A DNA stretch of 61,486 nucleotides, filler included. It is 14 parts of 14 records of this genome, joined end to end, with 100 filler letters (N's around TTAATTAATTAA, not from the genome) between each part and the next. Parts side by side here need not be neighbours in the genome. Positions count along the whole stretch, not along the records: positions 47,868 to 52,653 come from SRR15195285_13009; positions 52,754 to 57,071 come from SRR15195285_13050; positions 57,172 to 61,486 come from SRR15195285_13054; 11 more parts are not named here. One strand, 5' to 3'. Position 1 is the first letter of the stretch, and every line of letters starts with the position of its first letter. The notes under the pieces were generated by a model. The model had not been told where the DNA came from and did not search any database. It saw nothing but the letters and a program-made list of their open reading frames with translations. A program made the position numbers and the translations under genes. Of the stretch, positions 47,868 through 57,477 are shown piece by piece.

Positions 47868-50190
47868 GCCCGAGCCGGAGGCTAAAGTGCCAGTGCCTGC
47901 AATGCAGCCGGAGCCGACACCTAGTGCTTCGCCGGAACGCGCTGAGATGCGGTGGAACGAACTCAAGGCTAGACGAGCTGAGGACGCTGCCAAGGCAGCA
48001 CAGGAGGCGCAACGAGTAGCAGATGAGATCAGAGCAGCCAAAGCCGCCCAAGCTGCGGCAGAGGATCGGGCTCGGCAGATGGAAGTGGAACTCTCTGAAG
48101 CTGTAGCGCAAGCAAACTACGAGCGAGTCAGATTGAGAACAGAGACTGCTGTTGCAGCAACAGCTCAGCTCGAGGCCCAGGCTGCTGCTACTGCCACAGC
48201 TGCTGCCACAGTAGCTGAGCAAGAACGGCGTCGCGAGGCAGAAGAGCAGCGACAGCAGAGCGAGCATGCTGCAGATAGTGAGACAGCTGCCCTGGCCGCA
48301 GCAAAAGCTGCTGCAGAGTTCGCGACTGCTGAAGTGATGAAGATGGCGGCGACAGCAAAAGCAGAGGCAGAATTCCGAGCTAGCGAAGCACTCGCTGAGG
48401 CTGAGCAAGCCAAGCTGTTAGCAACAGAGCACAGCGACAAACTTCGTATCGGCGCTGCTGCAGCCTCTCGCGTACAGGAGGCCGCAAAGGAGGCGATAGC
48501 CGAAGCGAACTCTCGTGCAGCGTCTGAGGCTGCGGAAGTGAAGCGTCTGCGGGCTGAGATGGATGCAGCAAAGCTAGAGCTGAGTGAGATGCAAAGACAG
48601 GAGACTGTTCGTCAGTCGGCTGGCACCGATTCGAAGCAAAGAGAACTGGAGGCAGCCCTGGCAACAGCTGCCCGGGGGCATGAATCGGAGATCGCATCGG
48701 TACGTGCAGAGCTCGCAATGGCACAGCGCTCGCACAAAGCTGAGTGTGAAGCACGGATACGCGAAAGCGAGGCGAATCTGCAAAGAGCCCAAAGACTCGC
48801 AGTCCTTGAGGCCGAGGAGTCTGCCGAAGAGGCCAGACGACAGGCGCAGCGGCAGATACGCACGTGTGAAGCTGACGCTGCTTCAGAAGCTGCTGTGGCG
48901 CGACACCAGTTTGATGTGCAGCTCCGTCAGGCTGTTGAGAATGCTGCGGACACCGAACGTGCAGCTCATAGCGTCACGAGGCAGCTGCTTGCGGTGTCTA
49001 CTCGGGAGCTTTCGGAGCAGCGCCTTGCTTTGGACAATGCCATGCGGGCCCAGGCAGAGGACATCCGTCGCGAGGCAGCAAAGAAAGAAACAGAGCTACA
49101 GAAACAGCTAAGTGCCCTGGATGCGCAGATCCAGGCTGAACGTGATGCCCACACTGCAGCTGTTGCAGATGCTGAGGTCAGAAGTGCTGCCGTAGCTGGT
49201 CGCAAGCAGGCTGAATCGCAGCAGCAGCTGGATAGTCTTTCGCGGCGACTCGCTTCGTGCGAGGAACGAGCGTCGAACGCAGAAGTTGAAGCATCGAAAT
49301 GGGAGAAAGAGGCGAAGGATACTGCTGCGCAACTGAGCGACGTAGAGGTGAGCTTGCGTGGTGCGAAGGCTGAAATTAGCCAAGTTTGTGATGAAGCCGA
49401 AGACGCTGCTGCGAATGCTGCAGCAGAACTACAGTCGGCGAATGCCGCGCTACAAGCTGCTGAGGCAGTAGCAGAAGAGCAGCGACTGGAGGCTGCCAGA
49501 CGGCACGGGGACGAGTTGCGAGCTGCCCGTGAGGCTGCGCAAGATGCTGCAGCTGCTGCAGTGGAGTCTGTGCGGATAGAGATGTCCCGCTCGAGTGAAG
49601 AACATCTGGCAGCATCTGAGCAGATGCACACACGGACCCTGGCGGCGATCAAAGCAGAAGCGGCGGCCGAGGTAGACACACAGCGGCGAGAGTTATTAGA
49701 TCTTTCAGCGCGAAAATTACACGCGGCGGAAGCCGCGTCAGAAGCTGCCTTGCAAGAGGCGGTGCAGGCACGACAGCGAGCTGAGTCGGAGGCAGCGGCA
49801 GCAGTTGCAGCTGCCAGGGCTGAAGTGACTGCAATCGAGGGGATGGCGCTTGAGGAACTGAGGAAGTTCTCCAAAACGGGGAATGGCCATGGGTCAACTA
49901 CACCATCTGCCAGCAGGCCATCGAGTGCACAAAAGCAGCGCTCTACAGAGCTACACGACCGACTCGGTGTGAGCAGCGATGTTGATGACGCCTCGCTGCG
50001 GAGAGCATTTCGTCGCGGGATCGGAGGTTCTGCAGGAAGCGAGCCGACAACTCCTCAGCGACGATTGTCGCTGGCAGAGCGCGCCACTGCGCGGCGGAGC
50101 GCGCAGATGGAGCGCGCGCAGACGGAGCCACGGCCGGCCTGGGGTGCAAGGCAACGCGGATCTCCGCACGGTGCTGCTGGAGGTCTCTGA
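47868..50190 (+). CDS. Ala/Glu-rich long coiled-coil protein; 5'-partial
   Basis: ORF of more than 760 codons with heptad-like Ala/Glu/Arg composition; begins in a PEPE tract at the contig edge. Confidence 0.7.
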
Positions 50191-50355
50191 GTCGTGTCGA
50201 TGTGGTGACGTGTGCAATAAACATCTAGCATGTGCGCGCGAGATGCTTGGAGCTACATTGCATGTTCAATTTGAAAAATGCGTACCGGTACATTAGATTG
50301 TGCACCAAGTGCGCACCACTGTTGTTGTGCTGGGACGACGGCGCTTTCAGGTGCA

Positions 50356-51795
50356 CTACAGGGCATGGCTGCCGTGACCCGTGGGGTTGCTTGTATCGAA
50401 GGGAAACAGCAACCAGAGGAAAGCCAACAGCGCGCCGACTATGATGCCGACGTTCGTCAATGCTGACATGATCGTCGCGGCACGCTGCCGTTCGGGTTCA
50501 TCCGAGCTGCTACTGCTGCCAGCAGCCGCCGGGGCGCCCATCATGCAGACCGTCGAACAGTAGCCGTGAGAAAATGCGAACAGGGCCATTACCGAAAACT
50601 CGCATACACCATGCAGAAAGTTTGGTTTCTCCGGGGAGCTGTACGCCACTGCCGCGTAGAGCGGTATGAACAACGTTCGCAGCAACACGAGGCCCACGAC
50701 AGCGTTCTTTGACACGGTTGCTCTGGGGCCGAGAGCAGGCACCTGCCGCCCAGCAAAGTCCAACAGCAGAAATGTCGCGATCAGAGTGACTTCGTACCAG
50801 CTGGGGTTGATGAAGCCCTTTCGTTCGCCCGTGTGGAACTGTGCTGTGGCAAGCCCAGGAAAGATCACGGTGGTGACGGCGAAATTCCACAGCACCGCGA
50901 AGGCATAGGTCTTGATGGACGTGAGGATGACCCTGTCGGAAGTCGTCGCGTTCATGACCATGGAGGTGCGTCCAAACGACGTCCCTGCCCCCCAAGAGGA
51001 CGTGCCGTCTGACTCGGCGAGGATGTGGGCCTGCAGTGAATGGCGAGCGCCTCTGCCTGCGGTTCGGCGAGTGTCATAGTGCTTCACGACATCCGACTTC
51101 CGCAACAGGCCGAACGCGACAATGCAGGCCAGCGAGGTCGCCGCGGCCAGGCCGAAGAACACGACAACCTCAGCGTGCTGCGCAAGCGAGGCTTTCGCGT
51201 CCTTTTCGTGGTCGTGGCTTGTCTCGGAGTCGCCGCCGAGGGTAAGCTTGGCTAAGATCCGAACCAGCGCCAGCCCCGCACCCGACGCGGCTAGGCCACT
51301 CATGCAAGCCTGCGTGTAGTGCTGCGGCAGCATCGTGATGTAGCTGAAGATGCTCGCGTAGAGGATGCCGGTGGACAGGCCGGAGACCGTGACCACCACG
51401 ATCATGGGCACCCACGCGTCGTCTGGAGTGCCACCCCGCGGGTCCCATGAGAACGTGCCCGCCACCACGAACAGCGGCACCACCAGCAGCAGCACTACGT
51501 TGATGGAGTACGAGAGGACGATGCGAGCGCGCGTAGAGAGCCGGCGCATGACTTGCGATGGCCGCAGCATTAGCAGCACGACCAGCGCCGCGGGGCCGAA
51601 GTAGCATGCCGTGAAGACGTACTGCACGTCCCGCTTCTGCCCGAAGACCGTGTCGAAGTAATTGTACGCGAGCAGCCAGGCGTTCCACGGCGCAAGCGTG
51701 CCGCTCCCCATCAGCACGGTCAGCCAGTACGCCCGCCGCGCACCAGCGGCCGCGACGCCATCCCCCGGCGCCAGCGGGTCGAGCTCCCCCAGCAT
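50356..51795 (-). CDS. Equilibrative nucleoside transporter (SLC29/ENT family)
   Basis: MGSGTLAPWNAWL, LPQHYTQACMSG, VTTVIFPG, LDFAGR, RTLFIPL, FAFSHGYCSTVCMMGAP; about 11 TM segments. A possible extra 5' exon starts at ATG 52066. Confidence 0.9.
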   Translation of the reverse strand: MLGELDPLAPGDGVAAAGARRAYWLTVLMGSGTLAPWNAWLLAYNYFDTVFGQKRDVQYVFTACYFGPAALVVLLMLRPSQVMRRLSTRARIVLSYSINVVLLLVVPLFVVAGTFSWDPRGGTPDDAWVPMIVVVTVSGLSTGILYASIFSYITMLPQHYTQACMSGLAASGAGLALVRILAKLTLGGDSETSHDHEKDAKASLAQHAEVVVFFGLAAATSLACIVAFGLLRKSDVVKHYDTRRTAGRGARHSLQAHILAESDGTSSWGAGTSFGRTSMVMNATTSDRVILTSIKTYAFAVLWNFAVTTVIFPGLATAQFHTGERKGFINPSWYEVTLIATFLLLDFAGRQVPALGPRATVSKNAVVGLVLLRTLFIPLYAAVAYSSPEKPNFLHGVCEFSVMALFAFSHGYCSTVCMMGAPAAAGSSSSSDEPERQRAATIMSALTNVGIIVGALLAFLWLLFPFDTSNPTGHGSHAL

Positions 51796-52339
51796 GTCCA
51801 CCTCTCGCCCCGCACCCCCAGCCAATCACCGAACGGCGCTGTTCCTTGCCGTGGTCGCGCCTCGAATCGCAGCAGCGATAGATGCCGCCGCGTGTGCTTA
51901 CGCGTCAGTCACCGTCCCGAGTCCACCCTTCGGCGAGGGAGGCGCTTTCCCTGGGCAACAGCAACGCAGCGCCTCCACCACCACGGCCGCCAAGCCCTCT
52001 GTCGACGTGCCAATTGCCCTCCTCATCCTCCTCGCCGCCGAAGCACGCCCGCAAGAACAACGCCATTTGCAATACTAATGTGCAAGAAAACACAGCGACT
52101 CGAGGCGGTAAAAGGAGTCCACGCGATTTATCAGAGGTTTATCCATACCGTCCAATGCTGATGTCCCCTTATGCCTTCCTGATCGCGTGATGACGACCAC
52201 TTCATGCAAAATCAAGCGCCGGGATATTGGAAAATGGTGTCTTGGTGTGTTTACAAGTTACAAGATTACAAGTTTGCATACGTCTCAAAATCGATTCTCG
52301 TTATTGTCCTCAAGATAAGGCTCGCCTCGACGTTTGTTC

Positions 52340-52453
52340 GCACCAAGTTCCTTTGAAATGCGTGGTTCAAGGTATGAACCGCGCATGTTAGTTGGCTCCC
52401 ACGTTGCTGCTGGTGAAACCAAAACTCGGGGTTAGTGGTGAAGTCTCCTATGT
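52340..52453 (-). other. Josephin (ataxin-3-like) deubiquitinase N-terminal motif, gene fragment
   Basis: WFHQQQRGSQLTCAVHTLNHAFQ resembles the Josephin catalytic-Cys motif (FHEKQ...LCAQHCLNNLLQ). Flanked by a plausible acceptor (ctgcag) and donor (gtgcga). No complete domain found. Confidence 0.35.
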
Positions 52454-52987
52454 CTGCAGCTGCTGTTCCACACGGACAGAGGCGTAGCCCTCGGAGGCTT
52501 ACCCCCGTTGATGATGATGATCCAGGACGTAGGCAGGGCCTCCGGCCCAAGCGCACAGGTGACTCTGAGTCGCTCGCTCTTGCTCAGGGTGCCAAGAGGC
52601 GACGTGTAGCCCAGGTCAATGTGAGTTGCAAAGTAATATCATGACGGCGGTAGNNNNNNNNNNNNNNNNNNNNNNNNNNNNNNNNNNNNNNNNNNNNTTA
52701 ATTAATTAANNNNNNNNNNNNNNNNNNNNNNNNNNNNNNNNNNNNNNNNNNNNCTTTGTTCTTTTCATTTTGATTAATTGTACTTGGTACATCGATACAT
52801 GGTACATGTAGCATGTCTGCATGCACCCCGACCTCAGAATCGCATTGTGATGGCCCTAACGTTGCAGTGCAGTACGCGTTGGACCTGCTACCCCTGCTGG
52901 CCAGGTAGCTAGGCGCGCCTGCGCCAGTTCTTCGACCGATATGCCATTACCAGAGTACCAGATATTGCACACGTAGAGTATTGCTAC

Positions 52988-54871
52988 ATGCCGGAGCCAG
53001 AGCCATTGCGGCACTTGCTCAGAGTACAGTCGAAGTCAGAGCCGGGGCCGACGCCGGGGCCGCAGCCGGCGCCAGACCCTAGCGAACCACACGCAGAGGC
53101 GCCTCGTGCGGAGCGACAGTCGCCGCTGTCATCAGTGGAGCCGGAGCCGGAGCCGGAGCTGGTAATCGAGCCGGAGCGAGATGGGCTGGATTCAAGCAAG
53201 GGTGCGCAAACAAGTCGAGATGCATCAGCATGTCTAGCTTCTGTAGACCACAGGGCGGAGCTCGAGCAAGTTCGGAACGCAGCCCGTGCGCTGACCACAC
53301 GAGCTGAGAATGCGCGGCAACGCGCTTTGTATGACCGCGAGCTCGAACGGAAGCGTGAGCAGCAAAGCCAGCTCGAGGCGCTGCTCGGTACCCGGCTGAG
53401 CATCACAGATGAAAACGACGTGGACATAGTTAGGCCACCCCCGCCGCTGTTGCCCTTGGTGGTGACGACCGAGCGGGAAACGGAGCTACCGGTGCCTCAG
53501 CTGCATGAAATCGCGTGGGCTGAGCAGATGAGCGACTCCGACAATCGTCCGCATGATATGGACGGACACGTCAGTGTGGTGGATGGTGCGGCACAGAGGA
53601 CCAGTGATGGTACACTGCAACGGACGCACGCAGCGTCATCGACGCAAAGTGTGGCTGACGCGTCGAAGACTCACGTGCGTCAGCAAGGCCAACCTGAGCA
53701 CCACGACGAGCCCGAGCCTGCGCGCCAGCACCAGGACGAAGAGCATCCGCAGCCGCTCCCACAGTCGCTGCCGACCCAGCTTGGACTGCACGTGGACGGT
53801 AGTGCAAGCCAGCTTGCTACTTGTGATGCAGCAGAGCAGCCGCGATCAGCTTCATCAATGGTAACAGGACGTGGCTTGCAGAGCCAGTTGGCTGATCTTG
53901 TCCAGCAATCGCGAGTTTATCGTCTTGCGTCAGATGCAGAGCCGCCTCATGGCATTGCCAGCCACGTCGACAGCAGCGTTGTCTTGCAGTCGGCGAAGGG
54001 GCTATCGCCTGCCGCTCGTGCAGCTGAGCTGGAGGCAGCGGCAAACACAAAGACTGTGGAGAGCGAAGAGAGCAGTCCAGAGCTCCGACAGCTGGCCCAA
54101 GCCTCGCTTGCAGTGACAGCCTCAATGAGCGCACAGCTTGCCACAGCATTGCGTGAGACGCATGAGCTGCGGATTGAGTTGCAGGTAGCCAGTGATATTC
54201 GATCAAGGATGGAGGCACGGATGTCAACTGCAGAGGCGGCGAAGCGCGCGCTAAGTTTGGAGCTCGAAGATGTGGCGAGATGCCTATCAATGGCTGCAGC
54301 ACAGCGGGATGTAGCGCAGCAGAAAGCTACGGCGGCACAAGCTGCCATAGACACCCAACAACAAGCTCACGAGGATCAAGTCGCGGTCTTACGCGAGGAG
54401 CATCGCCGACTGCTCGTGCAGAGAGCTGCAGACATGGAAGCTGCTCGGCGCGACGCACGGTCTGACCTTCTACTTTTCGGTGTAATGCAAGCAGCTACAG
54501 CCGGTGCTGACCTCTCACCGGACCGTAACAGCAACTCTCAGCGAGCGTCTTCAAGAACTGACAATAGCGCATTTTTCTCGGCGGTGAGACCCTCCACAAC
54601 TAGGGAGGCACGCGGTAGTGGTCCTCGATCATCAGACGAAAGTCTTTCAAGCAACATTGAGCGAACCGATGACATCGCCAGTCGACAGCAGGTGCAAACA
54701 GAAAACGAAGAGCTTCGCCAGAGACTGCTCGCGGCAGATGCAATTATAGCGCGTGAGAAAGCCAAAGGTGACCAGTGGCTCAGTATGATTGGCTCTCTGC
54801 GCGAGGAGTTAGCCCAGGCACACCGTCGCATTGATGCGCTCGGAGGCGATGATGACAGAACAATGATGTAG
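52988..54871 (+). CDS. Hypothetical protein, disordered with coiled-coil segments
   Basis: 627-codon intronless ORF with ATG start, MPEPEP and EPEPEPE tracts, and heptad-rich segments. Confidence 0.65.
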   Translation: MPEPEPLRHLLRVQSKSEPGPTPGPQPAPDPSEPHAEAPRAERQSPLSSVEPEPEPELVIEPERDGLDSSKGAQTSRDASACLASVDHRAELEQVRNAARALTTRAENARQRALYDRELERKREQQSQLEALLGTRLSITDENDVDIVRPPPPLLPLVVTTERETELPVPQLHEIAWAEQMSDSDNRPHDMDGHVSVVDGAAQRTSDGTLQRTHAASSTQSVADASKTHVRQQGQPEHHDEPEPARQHQDEEHPQPLPQSLPTQLGLHVDGSASQLATCDAAEQPRSASSMVTGRGLQSQLADLVQQSRVYRLASDAEPPHGIASHVDSSVVLQSAKGLSPAARAAELEAAANTKTVESEESSPELRQLAQASLAVTASMSAQLATALRETHELRIELQVASDIRSRMEARMSTAEAAKRALSLELEDVARCLSMAAAQRDVAQQKATAAQAAIDTQQQAHEDQVAVLREEHRRLLVQRAADMEAARRDARSDLLLFGVMQAATAGADLSPDRNSNSQRASSRTDNSAFFSAVRPSTTREARGSGPRSSDESLSSNIERTDDIASRQQVQTENEELRQRLLAADAIIAREKAKGDQWLSMIGSLREELAQAHRRIDALGGDDDRTMM

Positions 54872-54977
54872 GACCACCAGCGTTGCTCTCGGCAGCGTGT
54901 TGTGCCACTGTAAATGCAGTATGCGGAACTACACTATCACCGAGCAGAACGGGTCCGTTCCACTTTTCTCTGTGGCA

Positions 54978-56798
54978 CTACAAGATATTATTACGCGCCA
55001 ACTTGAGCACCCACGCGACCGAGGCTATCCCGAGGCCCACCGCCGACAGATGCGCGCAAGCCCGAGCGGCACCATCTGCATGCACTACTGCGTCATTCTC
55101 AGCTGCTGTCTCGCTTGCACCATCCTCTTGCTCACGCCACAACTCCAGGCTCTCCCGATTCTTTCCAGCGAGCAACCGTCGGGTTGCACCACCGAATGCA
55201 GTTGCAAGATCAGTCAACACGCCAGCATAGCTCCTGCCTTCCAATGCTACCGCGGACCAGCCAGTTCTAAGTCCTGCTGGGTAGTGTGTCGTTGGTACGC
55301 CAAGCAGGGCGGCTGCTGTTGCCTTCGCCAGTGCCTGTGTCCGCTTCCGCAAATGCTGAGGCTGTGCTGCCCGAATAAGGTCAAAGTCTACAATTTTGTC
55401 TGTCAGTGTTAGTGCCCGACGTCCCGCTTGGCTGCGTACCTCCTGCAGCAGCCGTTCACCTCGCTGAGTTCGTGTCACAATGTAGTTGTAGCCCTCATCT
55501 TTATACCTGCAACATGCGCAGCCGTGGTGGCCGCGAAGCCGTAGTTTTAAAGCAAGCATTCGCACAACACACAGCTGACTGTCCTAGAACAGTCCATATC
55601 AACGATCATATGTGTGCAACTTCTCACGCAGAGCCAGAAAGTTCCCCAGTTGGTCTCGCATCCGGCCAGACATCCAACGCCACAAGGTCCGCGTGGAGCC
55701 CGATTGAATCTGCACACGTCTTGCACCGCCACGGCATGCGCCACGGAATCTGTCCGTGCCACAGCCAGCGCAACGGCCACAATGCTGTTCAAAAACGAAG
55801 CAAACCAAGCGTGCATGCAACTACCACATCTGGAAGTAAAACACTGGAGACGTACACGCTTATCAAACCATGTCTGTGTGTATGTCAGAGAAGATTCACC
55901 GCTTTGTGTACGCATGGTCGTCGGTCCAGGACAACCATTCCCGCGGTAGCGTACCGCATCGACCTCGCTCAGTGAGCCTACCCCCATCTTCTGCGCAATC
56001 CGTCGCAGTGTCACCAGGTCTGTAGGCCCTTCGCAAAAAATTGACAGCATGTACGGCACCTGCTTGTCCACCCGGGGGTCGACGAGAGCGAGGCGGCGCA
56101 TCGCACCAATGTCACATGGCTTGCCAACCAGCGCGAAGACAACCCCGTCATCAAGCAACTGCATCACTCGCACTAGTGGCGCCGATGGACCGTAGCGCGA
56201 TCCCGCGTGCCGCAAAATGGTGTCTCTGTCTGAGCTCTCTTGCGGGCCATCGACCAGCGGGTCTCCCTGGAAGTTCGGCGAGCAGTGATACACCATCTCT
56301 ACAGCCCCACTGCTGACTAGATATTGTGAAACGGCGGTCAGCACGCCTCCGGTTGCTGCCTTATACCGCACGTCGGGATCTGAGGCGTAGCCCTCGACGA
56401 GCGAGTATGCCGAGCCCCAGACGTCCGATACAAGTGGCGCTGCCTCGGCGACCGCCGGTGCAGAGATCTCTACACCAGGGCAGAACTGCCTGACACGCGC
56501 GGACAGAGCCTCACGCTGCTTCGTGCTACCTGCTCCACACAGCGTTGACGATGGACACCCAAACTCCCCTCAACAAGCAGCTAACCCGTGCGTACACACA
56601 CACCCACACACGCACGCACAGAGACGTACCGCAGCCTGGCTTGAATCGCGGCCTGAAGTGACCTGAGCGAGTTTTTCGCATCTCGAGCAGCTGGGCCGAG
56701 GCTCCCTCGTCAGCCCGCCCAGCCTGCTGTGCGTCCGCACTGAGGCAGAGGCCACAGCCGGCGCAGTTCCCGCTGCTCACGATGTCTTCAATGTCCAT
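54978..56798 (-). CDS. Coenzyme F420 hydrogenase/dehydrogenase beta-subunit (FrhB/FdhB) family Fe-S flavoprotein with N-terminal ferredoxin-like motif; 3 introns
   Basis: CAGCGLC...FCPG, VWG...RYKAATGGVLT, AGSRYGPS, VGKPCDI, LSIFCEG, RYRGNGCPG, WRCKTCADSIGLHADLVALDVWP. Introns 56530-56629, 55750-55855 and 55507-55627. Hydrophobic C-terminal helix. Confidence 0.85.
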
Positions 56799-57171
56799 AA
56801 GATCCGGCCGACGCTGTCGCTCGCTCCGTCGCCGGTCGCCCGCGATGAAGAGGCAGGGAGAAGTGTATGCTCGTCACTCTAGCTAGCCCTGAGAGGCCGA
56901 CGCAGCACCTGAGCGAGCGAGCACGCGAGAGCGCGCGGGTATCCTACTATAGTATATACTAGTACGCGTACCCAGCGCGCGCGCGCGCGCGTGCATGGAC
57001 CTTTGTCTGTCTTGGTAGCCAAAGGACGGTCTCAAGTCGGAGTTGCCGCATCGAGTGGTGACTGGTCGAAGNNNNNNNNNNNNNNNNNNNNNNNNNNNNN
57101 NNNNNNNNNNNNNNNTTAATTAATTAANNNNNNNNNNNNNNNNNNNNNNNNNNNNNNNNNNNNNNNNNNNN

Positions 57172-57195
57172 GAGGGCATAAGGCCTTATGCCCTC
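57172..57195. repeat. Perfect 24-nt palindrome at contig start
   Basis: gagggcataaggccttatgccctc equals its own reverse complement. Confidence 0.9.
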
Positions 57196-57477
57196 TATCA
57201 CTTACTCACCTACCCGAGTACTTTACATGGATGTTCTGGCGAAGGTTCGACTACAGTATCAATAGTGGGAGTCTTCAATCTCCTACATCAGTCAGTGCAG
57301 GGCCAGTGTGGGTGGTTCGGCTTGTTGTTTTGGCCGATCACGCGCTGTTCCTCTAAGAGCAACAATGGCTGGCCGCAGCGTAGAATGCGGCTGTGGCTAA
57401 AAAGATCGAGCGCCAGGCTGCGCCCATCGAGAGAAGCAGCAATTCAAAATTAAGGCCTGTCGTTCAATGCAACTACT

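Noticed and set aside
5304..57171. Regularly spaced TTAATTAATTAA elements flanked by Ns as a repeat family or CRISPR-like array
   Set aside because: These are identical 100-nt synthetic contig linkers with six-frame stops, not biological sequence. Genes on different contigs also cannot be treated as a cluster.
57172..57195. Perfect 24-nt palindrome as a regulatory site or transposon end
   Set aside because: It sits exactly at a contig edge, where fold-back amplification or assembly artefacts are common; no second copy seen.
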